From a virus: a stretch of 64,000 nt of DNA. A program made the translations under genes and the position numbers. Location of the stretch: the IMG/VR virus record IMGVR_UViG_3300020204_000006; one strand, given 5' to 3'. Position 1 is the stretch's first letter. The number at the start of each line of letters is the position of its first letter. Under the pieces are notes generated by a model. The model made no database searches, had not been told where the DNA came from, and saw nothing but the letters and a program-made list of their open reading frames with translations. Of this stretch, positions 43,731 to 54,600 are shown one piece after another.

Positions 43731-44114
43731 ATGAAGCTTTTTATTAGTGAAAATGATAATATGGATGCAAGTTTGTATGTGGGCTACAAAGATGGTAAGT
43801 TATTTGTTTTTGATACAGATCAGGAGGCAAAAACTTTCTTTAATAAAGACAAATTCTCAAAAATAGACTTTTCTTTTAAAAAGTTAGATTTTGGTTCTTC
43901 TAGAAAGATACAAGAGAAAAGTATAGTTAATAGAGATGGTAATATGACTTTTGATATACTTTCATTTAGATATGAAAGGCTTATTAGTAGTATTAAATCA
44001 TGGAGTATTGCAGACGAAAATGGCAATCCTGTGCCAGTAAATAAGGAAAATATAGATAAAATGGAGCCTGTTTTGGCAAATGCCATACTAGGTTTATGCG
44101 ACAAATTAATGTAA
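43731..44114 (+). CDS. Tail assembly chaperone (gpG-like)
   Basis: AGGAGG SD; SIKSWSIADENGNPVPVNKENIDKMEPVLANAI motif; directly before tape measure. Confidence 0.65.
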   Translation: MKLFISENDNMDASLYVGYKDGKLFVFDTDQEAKTFFNKDKFSKIDFSFKKLDFGSSRKIQEKSIVNRDGNMTFDILSFRYERLISSIKSWSIADENGNPVPVNKENIDKMEPVLANAILGLCDKLM

Positions 44115-44136
44115 TTAAGTATTAAGGAGTTTTACC

Positions 44137-47031
44137 TTGGCTGAATTCGGAGAAGAATTAATTAAATTCTTAAATAGTATTGGCGTTAATATTACTCAGT
44201 TTGACAAGCTTGTGCAAACTGCTCAGCAATTTAACGTAGTGCTTATAGATTTAGAAAGAACTGGTAATCTATATGGCAAAAGCCTTAAAACAGTAAGAGA
44301 CGAACTAAACGCAATTTCAGTAAATTTTGCAACTACACAAAATGTAGCAAAGCAATATTATCAGCTACTTCACGAGCTTCAGGGTATTGCAATTAAAGAT
44401 TCTAAAGACCAGCTTGCTGTTCTTCAGCTTGTGCGTGATGCATATGGTCCTGATGAGCAGCAAATGCAACAGGGTATTCAACTTCTGCAAAAATTAATAT
44501 CATCTAATTCTGATCAGCAAAATCAAATAGTCAGGATTATACAGCTTAAAAAAATGGCAATGGATGGAGACAAAGGTGCAATAAAGCTTCTTGAGGAGCA
44601 GGGTGATAGACTGGCAAGAAATGCTAGTCTATTTGCATTACTTGGAAATGAATCTGGTAAAACTCGTGAAGAGATAGGTGCAATGATGCAGTTTGCCAAA
44701 GCACAAACTGAAGAAGATCCACTTGGAGAAATTGCAAGAAAATTCAATCAAGCTCAAATGCAAATAAGAAATACTCCAGCAGTTTTTCAGAATATGATTG
44801 CTCAAATAGATAGTGAAAAGGGAAAAATTACTCAAGTAATGCAGGGTATACAGTCCGTTTTTTCCGGCGCTGGTGCCGCAATAAATGAAACCATTTTGAA
44901 TATGTATGGTGAATCTGGTGTTGGAAAAGCAGGAGAAACAGCTGAAGAAAAAGCAGAACGCGAATCAAAGCTTTCGGCATCTCTTATAGGAGGCTCTAAA
45001 AAACTTCAAATGGATGCTGCCTCTAAAGTTTCTGCTTTAGAGACTTCAACTTTAAGTGGTAATTTAGATGAGGCAAAGGCAGCTAAGGATTCCTTGGACG
45101 CTTTCGTTGAAGAGCAAAAAAAATCAATAATAGAACAACTAAAAAATAAATTAACTGCGATTGGTATGGATGAAAAACTTGCTCAAGACCAAGCAGAACA
45201 AGATGCTCAAAAAATAGTTGAGCTTTCTGGTGTACAGAGATCTGCTTCACTTGTCACAAAGTTTGAAGAGCAAAAAAAGTATGCTCAAGAACAACTTCCT
45301 GAGCTCAGCAGACAAATAGAAGAAAAAAAGAAAGAACTGGCTGCCATTCAGGCAAATGTAGAAGAAAATAAAATGGGAGGTTTATATAATCCACAAGCCC
45401 AAGCCCAAATAAATGAAGATCAAGCAAGAATAGCTGCGCTTTCAGCTGCTATTGAGGCTGCAAAGCAGATTGAAGCCGAACTTGATAAGCAAGCAAAAAT
45501 GGATTTTAGGTCATATACTGAAAGATCAAGAAAACTTCAAGTTGACGATTTGATAATTAAATCCATTCAGGATCAAAATAGAGAGCTTGAGAAGCAATTT
45601 GGCACAATGAGAGGGCTGAATTCTGCAACTGCATCAATATTAAAATTACAGGGAGAACTTGGAGGAGCTTCTGCTTACAGTAATGATGCTGCAAGAACTT
45701 TTAATGAACTTCAAAAACAATCTATGGACTATCTAGGTGGACAAATTGAAGCAAGTAGGCGTTCATACGAAGAGATTTCAAGATTTAATAAGTTGGTTTC
45801 TGAGGCAAAAACTGGAAGTCCAGAATCTGCAAAAATGCTTGCTGAGGAGTCAATTAAAGTAGGTCAGTCTCAAATAGCTGAATTACGAAAATCTCTTCCT
45901 GGTGCAAGTGATGAACAGAAACCTCAGATAGAGGCTAGTATTAAGTACATAGAAGAAAGAATGGCAAGAGCAAATGCCGTTATAGCAGGCGGTGGTAAAG
46001 AGGCCATATCTGAAATGCTTAGAGATACTTCTGAGCTTGTCGATGCTGGAATGAAAAAGGCAGCAGAGGCTGTTGCAAATTCAGTTGAAAATATAAGAAA
46101 ATCTATTGAAAATGCAAGGGCTCCTGCAAAAGAAATTACTTCTCAGCTTCAAGCGCAAAAAGAAGTACTTGATGCACAGGTTAGTATAGCTGATAATCTT
46201 GTTACTGGTCTTGGCGCTTCTGCTGAAATGAGGATGGCTCAAGCTGCAAATAGTATGGAGCAGGCAAAATCCATGCAAAATGAGCTTATTTCCATGCAGC
46301 AACAAAGAGCGGAAGTGGAAAAGAAAATAGCTGAAGGCGGAGACACCGATGGCAGATTAAGAAGAGAAGTAATGGACATAAGGAGGCAAGAAAATAGTCT
46401 TGCCGCCCAGATACTTCAGAAGCAAAAGGAAAGTTTAGATTCGGTTAAAATGCTTCGTGAGGGTTATTTGAATGCTATAAGCGCAATGGAGTCTGGAAGT
46501 GGAGTTTTTATGGAAATGGTTGTTACTCAGGAAAAAGGCCTTGGCTCTTTAATTAGAAATATTAGAGAAGTTCCTAGAGTTCTTAATACTGGTACGACCG
46601 TTGGTCCAGGAGCAGAAAAAGGTGTTTTTGGTATTGGTGGTCTCATGGGCGGAACAACTGGAGCCAGAGGTGAGTATGACAATAATCTTATGATAAATTC
46701 TGCCCAAGATTTGTCAAAAACGACTCAAATGCTTTCTGCTGCCGTTGAGCGTTTTTCTTCTGCTCTTCCTAATATGAGTGCTTTAGGTTTTGAGGGCAAT
46801 AAATTCCAGGGTGCTTTCGTGGCTGGTGAAACAGGACCCACAACGGCCCTAGGTGCTCGTCAGGCTTCTTCTGCTATGCAGTCTGCTGATCTGGCTTCCT
46901 CTTTTAAGGATGCCCTTGGAGACCAAATGCGTCCACTTGCTGAAGTATTTAAAAATGGGCTTGAGACTGTGTTTAAAAGTGCTTTTGATGAATTCAGGAA
47001 AGAAATATCGGATATGATAGGGAGCAGATAA
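44137..47031 (+). CDS. Tail tape measure protein
   Basis: TTG start with AAGGAG SD; 964 aa, Ala/Gln/Glu/Lys-rich helical, almost no Cys/Trp; canonical position. Confidence 0.85.
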   Translation: MAEFGEELIKFLNSIGVNITQFDKLVQTAQQFNVVLIDLERTGNLYGKSLKTVRDELNAISVNFATTQNVAKQYYQLLHELQGIAIKDSKDQLAVLQLVRDAYGPDEQQMQQGIQLLQKLISSNSDQQNQIVRIIQLKKMAMDGDKGAIKLLEEQGDRLARNASLFALLGNESGKTREEIGAMMQFAKAQTEEDPLGEIARKFNQAQMQIRNTPAVFQNMIAQIDSEKGKITQVMQGIQSVFSGAGAAINETILNMYGESGVGKAGETAEEKAERESKLSASLIGGSKKLQMDAASKVSALETSTLSGNLDEAKAAKDSLDAFVEEQKKSIIEQLKNKLTAIGMDEKLAQDQAEQDAQKIVELSGVQRSASLVTKFEEQKKYAQEQLPELSRQIEEKKKELAAIQANVEENKMGGLYNPQAQAQINEDQARIAALSAAIEAAKQIEAELDKQAKMDFRSYTERSRKLQVDDLIIKSIQDQNRELEKQFGTMRGLNSATASILKLQGELGGASAYSNDAARTFNELQKQSMDYLGGQIEASRRSYEEISRFNKLVSEAKTGSPESAKMLAEESIKVGQSQIAELRKSLPGASDEQKPQIEASIKYIEERMARANAVIAGGGKEAISEMLRDTSELVDAGMKKAAEAVANSVENIRKSIENARAPAKEITSQLQAQKEVLDAQVSIADNLVTGLGASAEMRMAQAANSMEQAKSMQNELISMQQQRAEVEKKIAEGGDTDGRLRREVMDIRRQENSLAAQILQKQKESLDSVKMLREGYLNAISAMESGSGVFMEMVVTQEKGLGSLIRNIREVPRVLNTGTTVGPGAEKGVFGIGGLMGGTTGARGEYDNNLMINSAQDLSKTTQMLSAAVERFSSALPNMSALGFEGNKFQGAFVAGETGPTTALGARQASSAMQSADLASSFKDALGDQMRPLAEVFKNGLETVFKSAFDEFRKEISDMIGSR

Positions 47032-50000
47032 TGCCCTCCAACATAAGGTCTGGATATACTGCTTTCAATAATAAAGATGTTTTACCCCAAGGCTTTATAG
47101 ATCAGTATGTTACAAAAAACTTTCAAGACGTTGCACTGAATCCCAAGGGTGCATTTTTTGAAGAGCTTTTTAATGGACCTGTTCCTGCAGAAGGTTATTC
47201 TGGAAATGTTTATGGAAAACCTATGCCATGGTTTAGGATAACTTATATATCTTCTGCTGAAGATATTGGTACGACTGATTTTAATGAAGATGATCCAACA
47301 GATCCTTATCCATACAAACAATATTTTATATTTGTTGATTACGAATATTTCGATTCTCAGGGTGTTGCTTTAGGTAAAAAAGTTACAACAAAATTTACTG
47401 TAAATATTGTTAGGGAAGAAGAAAGACTTCAGCCAAATACGGATACTGTAAAATGGATGCTTGACGATGAAGCTCAGGTTTATTTTGATATTTATCCAGC
47501 TTCTAATTCAAGTATCTCCGTAGAAGATCAATCTAAAGTAATAGGTATAGAATATTTTGATCCTTATTTTACATCAAAAATTGTCAGACTTCTTCCAGCT
47601 TCTTCAATGGGAGTGATAGTTGATTACTATTACAATTTAAATGTCCCGTTGCTTCCACAAAATGATCTTAGTTCTTTTATAGGTAGTCCTTTAGGCGGAG
47701 GATTAATATCTGGCATAGCTTCTGATATAGCATCTTTCAATTCATTGATTGGGGCTAATATGAGTAGGCCCGTAAATTACAAATGGGGTTTGCAATTGGT
47801 TAATGCAAAAACAGTTGTTAATAAAGAAATTACTATAACTCCTCAGGTTTTTTCAACTAGGGGTTCTTTAGTGGATGGAGTTGAAATATTCTATATTCCT
47901 ATTTTAAGCTCAGATAAAGGCATAACTAAAATACTTTGTGCTTCCAAAGATAGAGTAAACTTCAATCAATCTGATTTAAAAGTTCTTGGCAAGGGTTTTA
48001 TTGAAGGAGGTTTGGGAAACGACGGTAATTCACCAGACGGTGTTAATGAGCAAAAATTAAAAGATGCAAAACCGTTAGGTTTTGCCATAGTTCAAAATAG
48101 AGAGTTAAAAAAGAAATATAAATCTGGCTCATCAAGTGAGAATTTTCCACAGACTGGTCCCAATTCTCAGTACATGATTAATTCACCTCTTTTTGTTTTT
48201 AACGAAGATTCTGTTGCTAACGGAATTTATATATTTGCTCCCAAAAATTTCTTAAGGAGCGGTGATACAATATTTGTTACTTATGGGCAAGTTGATAAGC
48301 ATGAGCTTAGGCATGTGGGCCAAAAAAGACATATATATTTTCAGCAAAGTGGAGTAAGTGATTTTGAAATCGTCTCAAGTAATGAGGGTCAGTATGAATT
48401 TAAAAAGTTTTCTTTTGATGTTCTTTCTATTCAATTAGAAAATAACATATTTATTAGAAATATTTCTGGTAAAAATGTAGATCCTGCTGATTCTAGTAGT
48501 TCTAGTAGTTCTAGTTATAATTCAAATTTTAATTATAAGGGCTATGATTCTGCTGATTTTAGTAGAGGAGCGGATTCTTCTGTTGCTACTCATTTAGACT
48601 GGCTTTCCGATAATCCAGAAAATCGCATTTCTTCTTCATCATCTTCATCTAAAAATTTGGCAAAATTTAATTGTTATAGACTTACTAAGGTTAAATTGAA
48701 TCCATCTCTTTATCCATCTTATCTTCCAGCAAATGGGTATTTTGTTGCAAGTTCAATTGGAGTTCGTGCACAGAGTATAGATTATGGTCCGGGTATATAT
48801 CATATTGATTCATTTGGAAATGCTAAACTTCTTTTGTCTGGTTCTCTTGTAAGAGATCAGGAATGGTGGAGATCTAGTTTTGATTCATTGGGAGTTCATG
48901 ATGTTTTTTCTTTTTCCGAAAGAAGTCAACTGGAATTTGTTTACGATGTAAGTCAGCTTACAAATTCATATGTTGTAGATGACAGAAAAATACCTTATGA
49001 AATAAATTTTGCCAAAGCCCTTTCTTCTGTTTCTAAATTTAGTGCAAATTGCGGAGAAAATCAGGGCGCATCTTATTTTTGGATTTCTCCAAATACATCC
49101 AATACTGAATCTAGCAATACTGGAGTTGGTATTTGTATATTAGATTTTATAAACATAAATTCACTTCGTACTAAGATAGCAGGTACTGATGTTTTTTTTA
49201 GTTTAAATTGCAGAAAATATATAGATGCATCTAATTCTGTTTTTGACTTTTCTAGTACTACTAATTTTGTGTGGGGATTTAATCTGATAGAATCTATACC
49301 AGGCCAATTTGGTGGAGCTTCTGCATTTACTTCTCAATTATACTATTTGTATTATAATCCAATAGATCTTAATAAGAACGGCAGGATAATATGGGAGGGC
49401 ATAGGTCCAGGTGTTAGTGAAAATACTATTATAAAAGTAACAACTAGGGGGGCTTTGGCTCCATCCATAGGGGGTCATTTTGAAACTTCAAATTTAATTA
49501 ATGGGGCAGTTATTGTCCCATCTGAATCTGATTCTTCACTAAGATTATTTAAATGCAGATCAATGGTTGCTTCTGATCCAAAGGGTGATACTAAAAATGC
49601 AAGACTTTCTTTTCCGGATTCTTCATACATGGAATCTGACTTTCTAAATTCTTTTTCCGACTCAAGACCATCAATATATAAATGGATGCCCATAGATGAT
49701 GCTCCATTTTACAGCAAAGGAAGAAGAATTATGCCTAAATATTATGAGTATCCCAAGCTGAATCACTCAAATTATATATCAAAAAAAATATATGGAGATT
49801 TAAGAGAATTTTCTTCCTTTAGATCAAAGGCTCAAAAGTACAGATATGGCTTTCTTAGTGGTTCTGATCAATCCGGATGGAATAGCAAAGAATCTACCAT
49901 ACAGACAAAAAATCACTTAGAAATTTTGGTAGAATTTGATAGTAGGATAGAACACATGGAGGCTACGTTAAAATTTTCAAAATTAAATTTAAATATAGGA

Positions 50001-51641
50001 TATGTGCATGTTTATTTTGATGACGATGACGACAAGTCAAACGCACTTTTTGTTCCATGTAAATCTTTAAATTCCATTGACGGATATTTTATTAAATTTG
50101 ATTTTTTTGCAAACTATAATAAAAGAATTAAAATATTGGTTCCCGGAGACGATCTTTCTCCTTCTTCTATAGTAAATATGGAGCATGTAACTTCTTTAAT
50201 TGATGAGTCTAATTACGTTGAGTATAGACCAATATTTCTCACTTCAGAAAATTTTGATATTAGTTTTTCAAAAACCGGATCTTCTATTATGTTTTTTACT
50301 GATACAAAAGAAGCAACTTTGGATGCTTGTGTATTTAACAATCATGATGAAATGCCAAGAATTGTAAGATCTGTTTTTCAGTCTTTTGGAGATGAGAAAG
50401 TTTCTTTTATATGTTGCAGAAATTCACCAAGACAAAATAATATTTTTGTTATGTTTCAGCTTGATGATACCATATTATTGAAAACTTTTGATCCTAATTC
50501 TTTGCTTTATTCTGAATTTGATTTAATGCCAGTAGTGAGTTATAATGCTTTTGCATATGCAGACATATCAATATCTGCTAATTCTGAAAAAAGAATTGTA
50601 TCACTTAGTCCTGAAAATTATTCAAAATTTCAAAATGATTTTGCTGGGATAACTATTAAAAATAAAAACTATTGTAATAGTTTTAGGATATCTCCAGCAC
50701 AATTTGTGCATGGAAATTGTAAAACAGAATTATCTTCTTTTATTTATGCTGAAGCAAATGGCGAATATTCATTTAGGAAATTAGCAAATCAATATTCTGT
50801 TCAGTCTGGGTTGAATCAGGCTTCAGCAGATTATTCTCGATCATCTGATGTAAATGTAAGATACCTTAAAAACAATGATACTTTTTACCCAAGATTTTCT
50901 GATTCTGCTTCTAACATAAAATTTAATAGAATGTTAAATTCTCAAAGATTTTCATTTGAAATACTTAATGATAGTTCAATCGTTCTTTTTATGTGCAATT
51001 CTGGTAGTTTATTTGTTAAAATTGGAAGTCAAGGTGGAGCTTTTAGAGATATAACTTCAGATATTTATAAGTTTTCAGATTCAGTTTTCGATGAATTTGG
51101 TCTTATCCCGTTTAGACCTGTTAAATTCAAAAAATCAGAAAAGGGTTCAAAATACACTCTTGAAAATAATAGTCAAAATGAAATAAAATCTTATTTATTG
51201 CAATCTGCTCCTGAAATAGAATTTGTGTCTTCTGTTTATGATGACTATTCCAATACTTTGTATTTATTTTACATAATAGAAAATAAACTTTTTTATCAGT
51301 ATTTTAGTGGATATTCTTTATTAAATAAAAATTTTATAAATTCTATGACTACAGATAACGATTTTAATGAAAAATCTTTACCGGTATATGTGTGCGGTTC
51401 TTTAGGGGAATTGCAAGACGTAATTTATACAGAAGAATGTTATTTTATAAACCCATATATTGATTATAAAGATTCTATTATAAATTTCCCTATATCAAAT
51501 TCTCCACCTGTAGGGGTTGTTATGCCCAATGGATGGGTAAGAGTTTATGTAAAAGACGAAAATGATTATTTAAGATCTTTCAGTATTAAGGGTAATAGTG
51601 TTATTCCTGATACATTTTTTTCAACAAGTAGTGCTTTATGA
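47031..51641 (+). CDS. Large tail-tip/baseplate structural protein, 1536 aa
   Basis: Follows tape measure; beta-rich Ser/Phe/Asn composition; poly-Ser tracts. Confidence 0.7.
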   Translation: MPSNIRSGYTAFNNKDVLPQGFIDQYVTKNFQDVALNPKGAFFEELFNGPVPAEGYSGNVYGKPMPWFRITYISSAEDIGTTDFNEDDPTDPYPYKQYFIFVDYEYFDSQGVALGKKVTTKFTVNIVREEERLQPNTDTVKWMLDDEAQVYFDIYPASNSSISVEDQSKVIGIEYFDPYFTSKIVRLLPASSMGVIVDYYYNLNVPLLPQNDLSSFIGSPLGGGLISGIASDIASFNSLIGANMSRPVNYKWGLQLVNAKTVVNKEITITPQVFSTRGSLVDGVEIFYIPILSSDKGITKILCASKDRVNFNQSDLKVLGKGFIEGGLGNDGNSPDGVNEQKLKDAKPLGFAIVQNRELKKKYKSGSSSENFPQTGPNSQYMINSPLFVFNEDSVANGIYIFAPKNFLRSGDTIFVTYGQVDKHELRHVGQKRHIYFQQSGVSDFEIVSSNEGQYEFKKFSFDVLSIQLENNIFIRNISGKNVDPADSSSSSSSSYNSNFNYKGYDSADFSRGADSSVATHLDWLSDNPENRISSSSSSSKNLAKFNCYRLTKVKLNPSLYPSYLPANGYFVASSIGVRAQSIDYGPGIYHIDSFGNAKLLLSGSLVRDQEWWRSSFDSLGVHDVFSFSERSQLEFVYDVSQLTNSYVVDDRKIPYEINFAKALSSVSKFSANCGENQGASYFWISPNTSNTESSNTGVGICILDFININSLRTKIAGTDVFFSLNCRKYIDASNSVFDFSSTTNFVWGFNLIESIPGQFGGASAFTSQLYYLYYNPIDLNKNGRIIWEGIGPGVSENTIIKVTTRGALAPSIGGHFETSNLINGAVIVPSESDSSLRLFKCRSMVASDPKGDTKNARLSFPDSSYMESDFLNSFSDSRPSIYKWMPIDDAPFYSKGRRIMPKYYEYPKLNHSNYISKKIYGDLREFSSFRSKAQKYRYGFLSGSDQSGWNSKESTIQTKNHLEILVEFDSRIEHMEATLKFSKLNLNIGYVHVYFDDDDDKSNALFVPCKSLNSIDGYFIKFDFFANYNKRIKILVPGDDLSPSSIVNMEHVTSLIDESNYVEYRPIFLTSENFDISFSKTGSSIMFFTDTKEATLDACVFNNHDEMPRIVRSVFQSFGDEKVSFICCRNSPRQNNIFVMFQLDDTILLKTFDPNSLLYSEFDLMPVVSYNAFAYADISISANSEKRIVSLSPENYSKFQNDFAGITIKNKNYCNSFRISPAQFVHGNCKTELSSFIYAEANGEYSFRKLANQYSVQSGLNQASADYSRSSDVNVRYLKNNDTFYPRFSDSASNIKFNRMLNSQRFSFEILNDSSIVLFMCNSGSLFVKIGSQGGAFRDITSDIYKFSDSVFDEFGLIPFRPVKFKKSEKGSKYTLENNSQNEIKSYLLQSAPEIEFVSSVYDDYSNTLYLFYIIENKLFYQYFSGYSLLNKNFINSMTTDNDFNEKSLPVYVCGSLGELQDVIYTEECYFINPYIDYKDSIINFPISNSPPVGVVMPNGWVRVYVKDENDYLRSFSIKGNSVIPDTFFSTSSAL

Positions 51642-54600
51642 GTAAATCTTCAAGAGAAAAGTCAGCTCCATTCAATTTTGGATATGTAACTTCTGAGGTA
51701 GTGATTTTTCCCACTGCCTATAGTTCATATCCTTTGAAATCTAGAAATAGGCAATTTAACGAAATGTTTTTTAATGAAGTAACCATTAAAAACATGAACG
51801 CCGTTTCTGGTAAAGAAAATTTAGAAATGGTGTCAGATGGAATTGCTGGTTCTTCATATGGAGTTACTTTAAGTCCTAAATTTTCATTTGTTGATACAAA
51901 TTTTAATATAAATCGCAATTATACTGAATGGAATAGTTCTCAGGGTAAAAATAGTGTTTTACCTGCATCTGGCAATTTATCTACTAACTTGACTGCAAAG
52001 TATTGGCATAATTCCTGGATGCCCACTAATTCTATATTTACCAGTTCTGCTCAGGATCCAAATTCTAAAAATATTCCTTGGTCAAATATTCCTGAATACT
52101 ACTATGGAACTAATGAAAAAACCATAATAAAAGATAGTCCGGTTGTAAACAATTTTTTAAGGTCTTTAAATCCAAAATTTTTAATTTTTCCTAAAAAAAT
52201 AGTAAGTCCAGATCCTGAAAAAGAGAATACCGCTCATTTGGATGTAACTTTCATAGGAAATGACAATACATACTTTGGAGATTTTATTAAGAATATTCCT
52301 GAAAAAATATTAAATGTAGTTTCTTCTTCTGGTGAGGAAACTGTAGGACCAGAAAAACAATTCCCTGGAGCTAAAAATGGGTCTAAATTTAAGGTTGTAA
52401 AAAATTTACCACCTGGTGTTCACTGTGGTCTTAGAAAACAATTCGAAAATTTTCATGGGCAAGATTTTGTTTATACCTTTGAAAAGCTTTCTTTTGATCA
52501 TTCTTTACCTAATAACAGTGTAAAAGACAGTATAAACTTTTATTTTAATTTGAGTAGCGAACATTCTGCTTTAGATCCAATTGGCATTTCAGGTGCAGAT
52601 GTGCTATCTGGAGAAGATGTTAATGTAAGTAACAATTATGGCATGCTGAACACGTATGATAAAAAGTCTGAAACTTGGAGTAATAATGGCTTTTATCTTG
52701 GCAGCCAGCCATATATAGTTTTAGAGCTTCCAAATCAAAGCCCAAATAATGTAAATGAATATGATAGTTTGTATATTATAGTTCCTAAAAACGGCAATGT
52801 AGTTGCAGTAAATTGCTCTAAAAAAATCAGGCAAATAACTGTTCCCTCTAAAGACAATTCAGATAATTTTTCAAAATACATAATAAAGCCGCCTTTTCGT
52901 ATGTCAAAAATTATATATGATTTCGGTTTTTCTGGTAGCGAATTGTTGTCTCAGCAAAATTTTTCAATAAAGATTCAGCATTTAATGGGTTCTTTACAGA
53001 TTTCTTTTAGTGGTGGGAGATCTTATATTGTAAGTGAAGAATCGTATAACATGAAAGCTCTTAATCAAGAAATTTTTGAGCAACTTGAAGATAGTGGAGG
53101 TTTCATATATAAAATAGACCAAACAAATGAATCGTCTTTTATTCCTGAAAAAGATGGAATTATGTTACATGGTAGACCTAGAGTTTTTTGGGGTAATTCA
53201 CAGTATGCAGTTAATGTGTCTCCAATAGAATATCATTCTCAGGCAAAAATAAAACCCAACTATCCTATTTCAATTTTAGGCAGATTTGGATCTACTCAAG
53301 TAGATGATGGCAATGGTGGCAAGACTGATGATGGCGGATTGCAAGAAGCTGAAAAAAATCTTTTTCTTTTACTTAGAAATAGGATAGAGCCGACCTCCGA
53401 AGAGGATGGATTTTCAGATGATCTTATAACTCAGTATTTTGACGATTTTAGAAGATTTGTTTTTAAAAATCAATCTTTACTCTATGGTGAAATATTAAGT
53501 GGTAAATTAGTGGAAACAAAAGCAACTATCATGCCAGCAAGGTTTAGCAATTATATTCCTGGATGCTGTCTTGGAGAAACTGACGGCAGAAGTGGATCTG
53601 GACAGTTTAGATTTAAATATAAATATTTCAATAGTTTATCTAAAAATGCCAGTCTTTCTGGCGGTATATCTATATCCAAAAATGAAGTTAAAAAAAGGGG
53701 TACCAATTCAGAATCTAATTTAGACAATTTCTCATTTGGAGTTTTTGTGGAATTCACATTAAAAAGTGGCCCCATAGAGCTTTTGCATCCTTTCTTTCCT
53801 AATCAAAGTCCGTATTTTGGTTCGTTTATAAGGCCTGTTATGTTTGGGTATTCTTCTTTGGTAAGAGAAGACAACAATCCTGCTGTTAATGTTTCCCCAA
53901 AAAACATATCAAACTTGGTCCAATCTTATAAAGAAACTTGGTCAAAAGAAGGTAACAGCTTTATAAGGCATAATGCAAGCCTTATTCTTTATGTTCCAAA
54001 AAATCTCTCCATGAGAGATCTTGTTTCTGGAAGAAGAGTTAATTCTTCTGCATCTAGGACTACCAGATTTGGAGATGCAGTCAGTTTTGATAACGATGTT
54101 AGAAAATTTATTATGTCTCTTCAGGATAAAGCATTTTATGTTCGCGTATACCTTGGAAGATGTTTAAATAACCCTGAAGATGATGACTCTTCTTCAGTTT
54201 ATGATATATTACATCCAGATTTTGACGGTGGAGCAACTAATTTAATAGGAGGTCAATCTTCTTCAAATAAGTTTAAATATCTTGCCTTTACAGGCATTTG
54301 CAATCAAGTTAATTTCACCATGAAGCCTAGTCACATAGAAGTTACTATGGAACTTGAAGATTATTCTAGAATACTAGACGATACAAAATTTTTAAACCCT
54401 CCTTTTTATGACGCTGTACGTGACTATGATGCTATATACGACGTATTATCGTGTGCTGGATTAAGAGAAGGCTCTGGTGCTTCTAATGGATTTCTTCCAA
54501 TGGATTTTTTAAAGTACATGACTTCTCAAGATACTACAAGTGGTGATAGAAAATATATGTTTTTCAATGATAGAACTGTTGTTTACGCAAATTATGTTTT

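Noticed and set aside
43700-44140. Programmed frameshift in tail assembly chaperones
   Set aside because: No in-phase X XXY YYZ heptamer before either stop; the second gene has its own strong SD
48490-48650. TCTAGTAGT and TCTTCA repeats
   Set aside because: Merely encode poly-Ser linkers in the 1536-aa tail protein; short and degenerate
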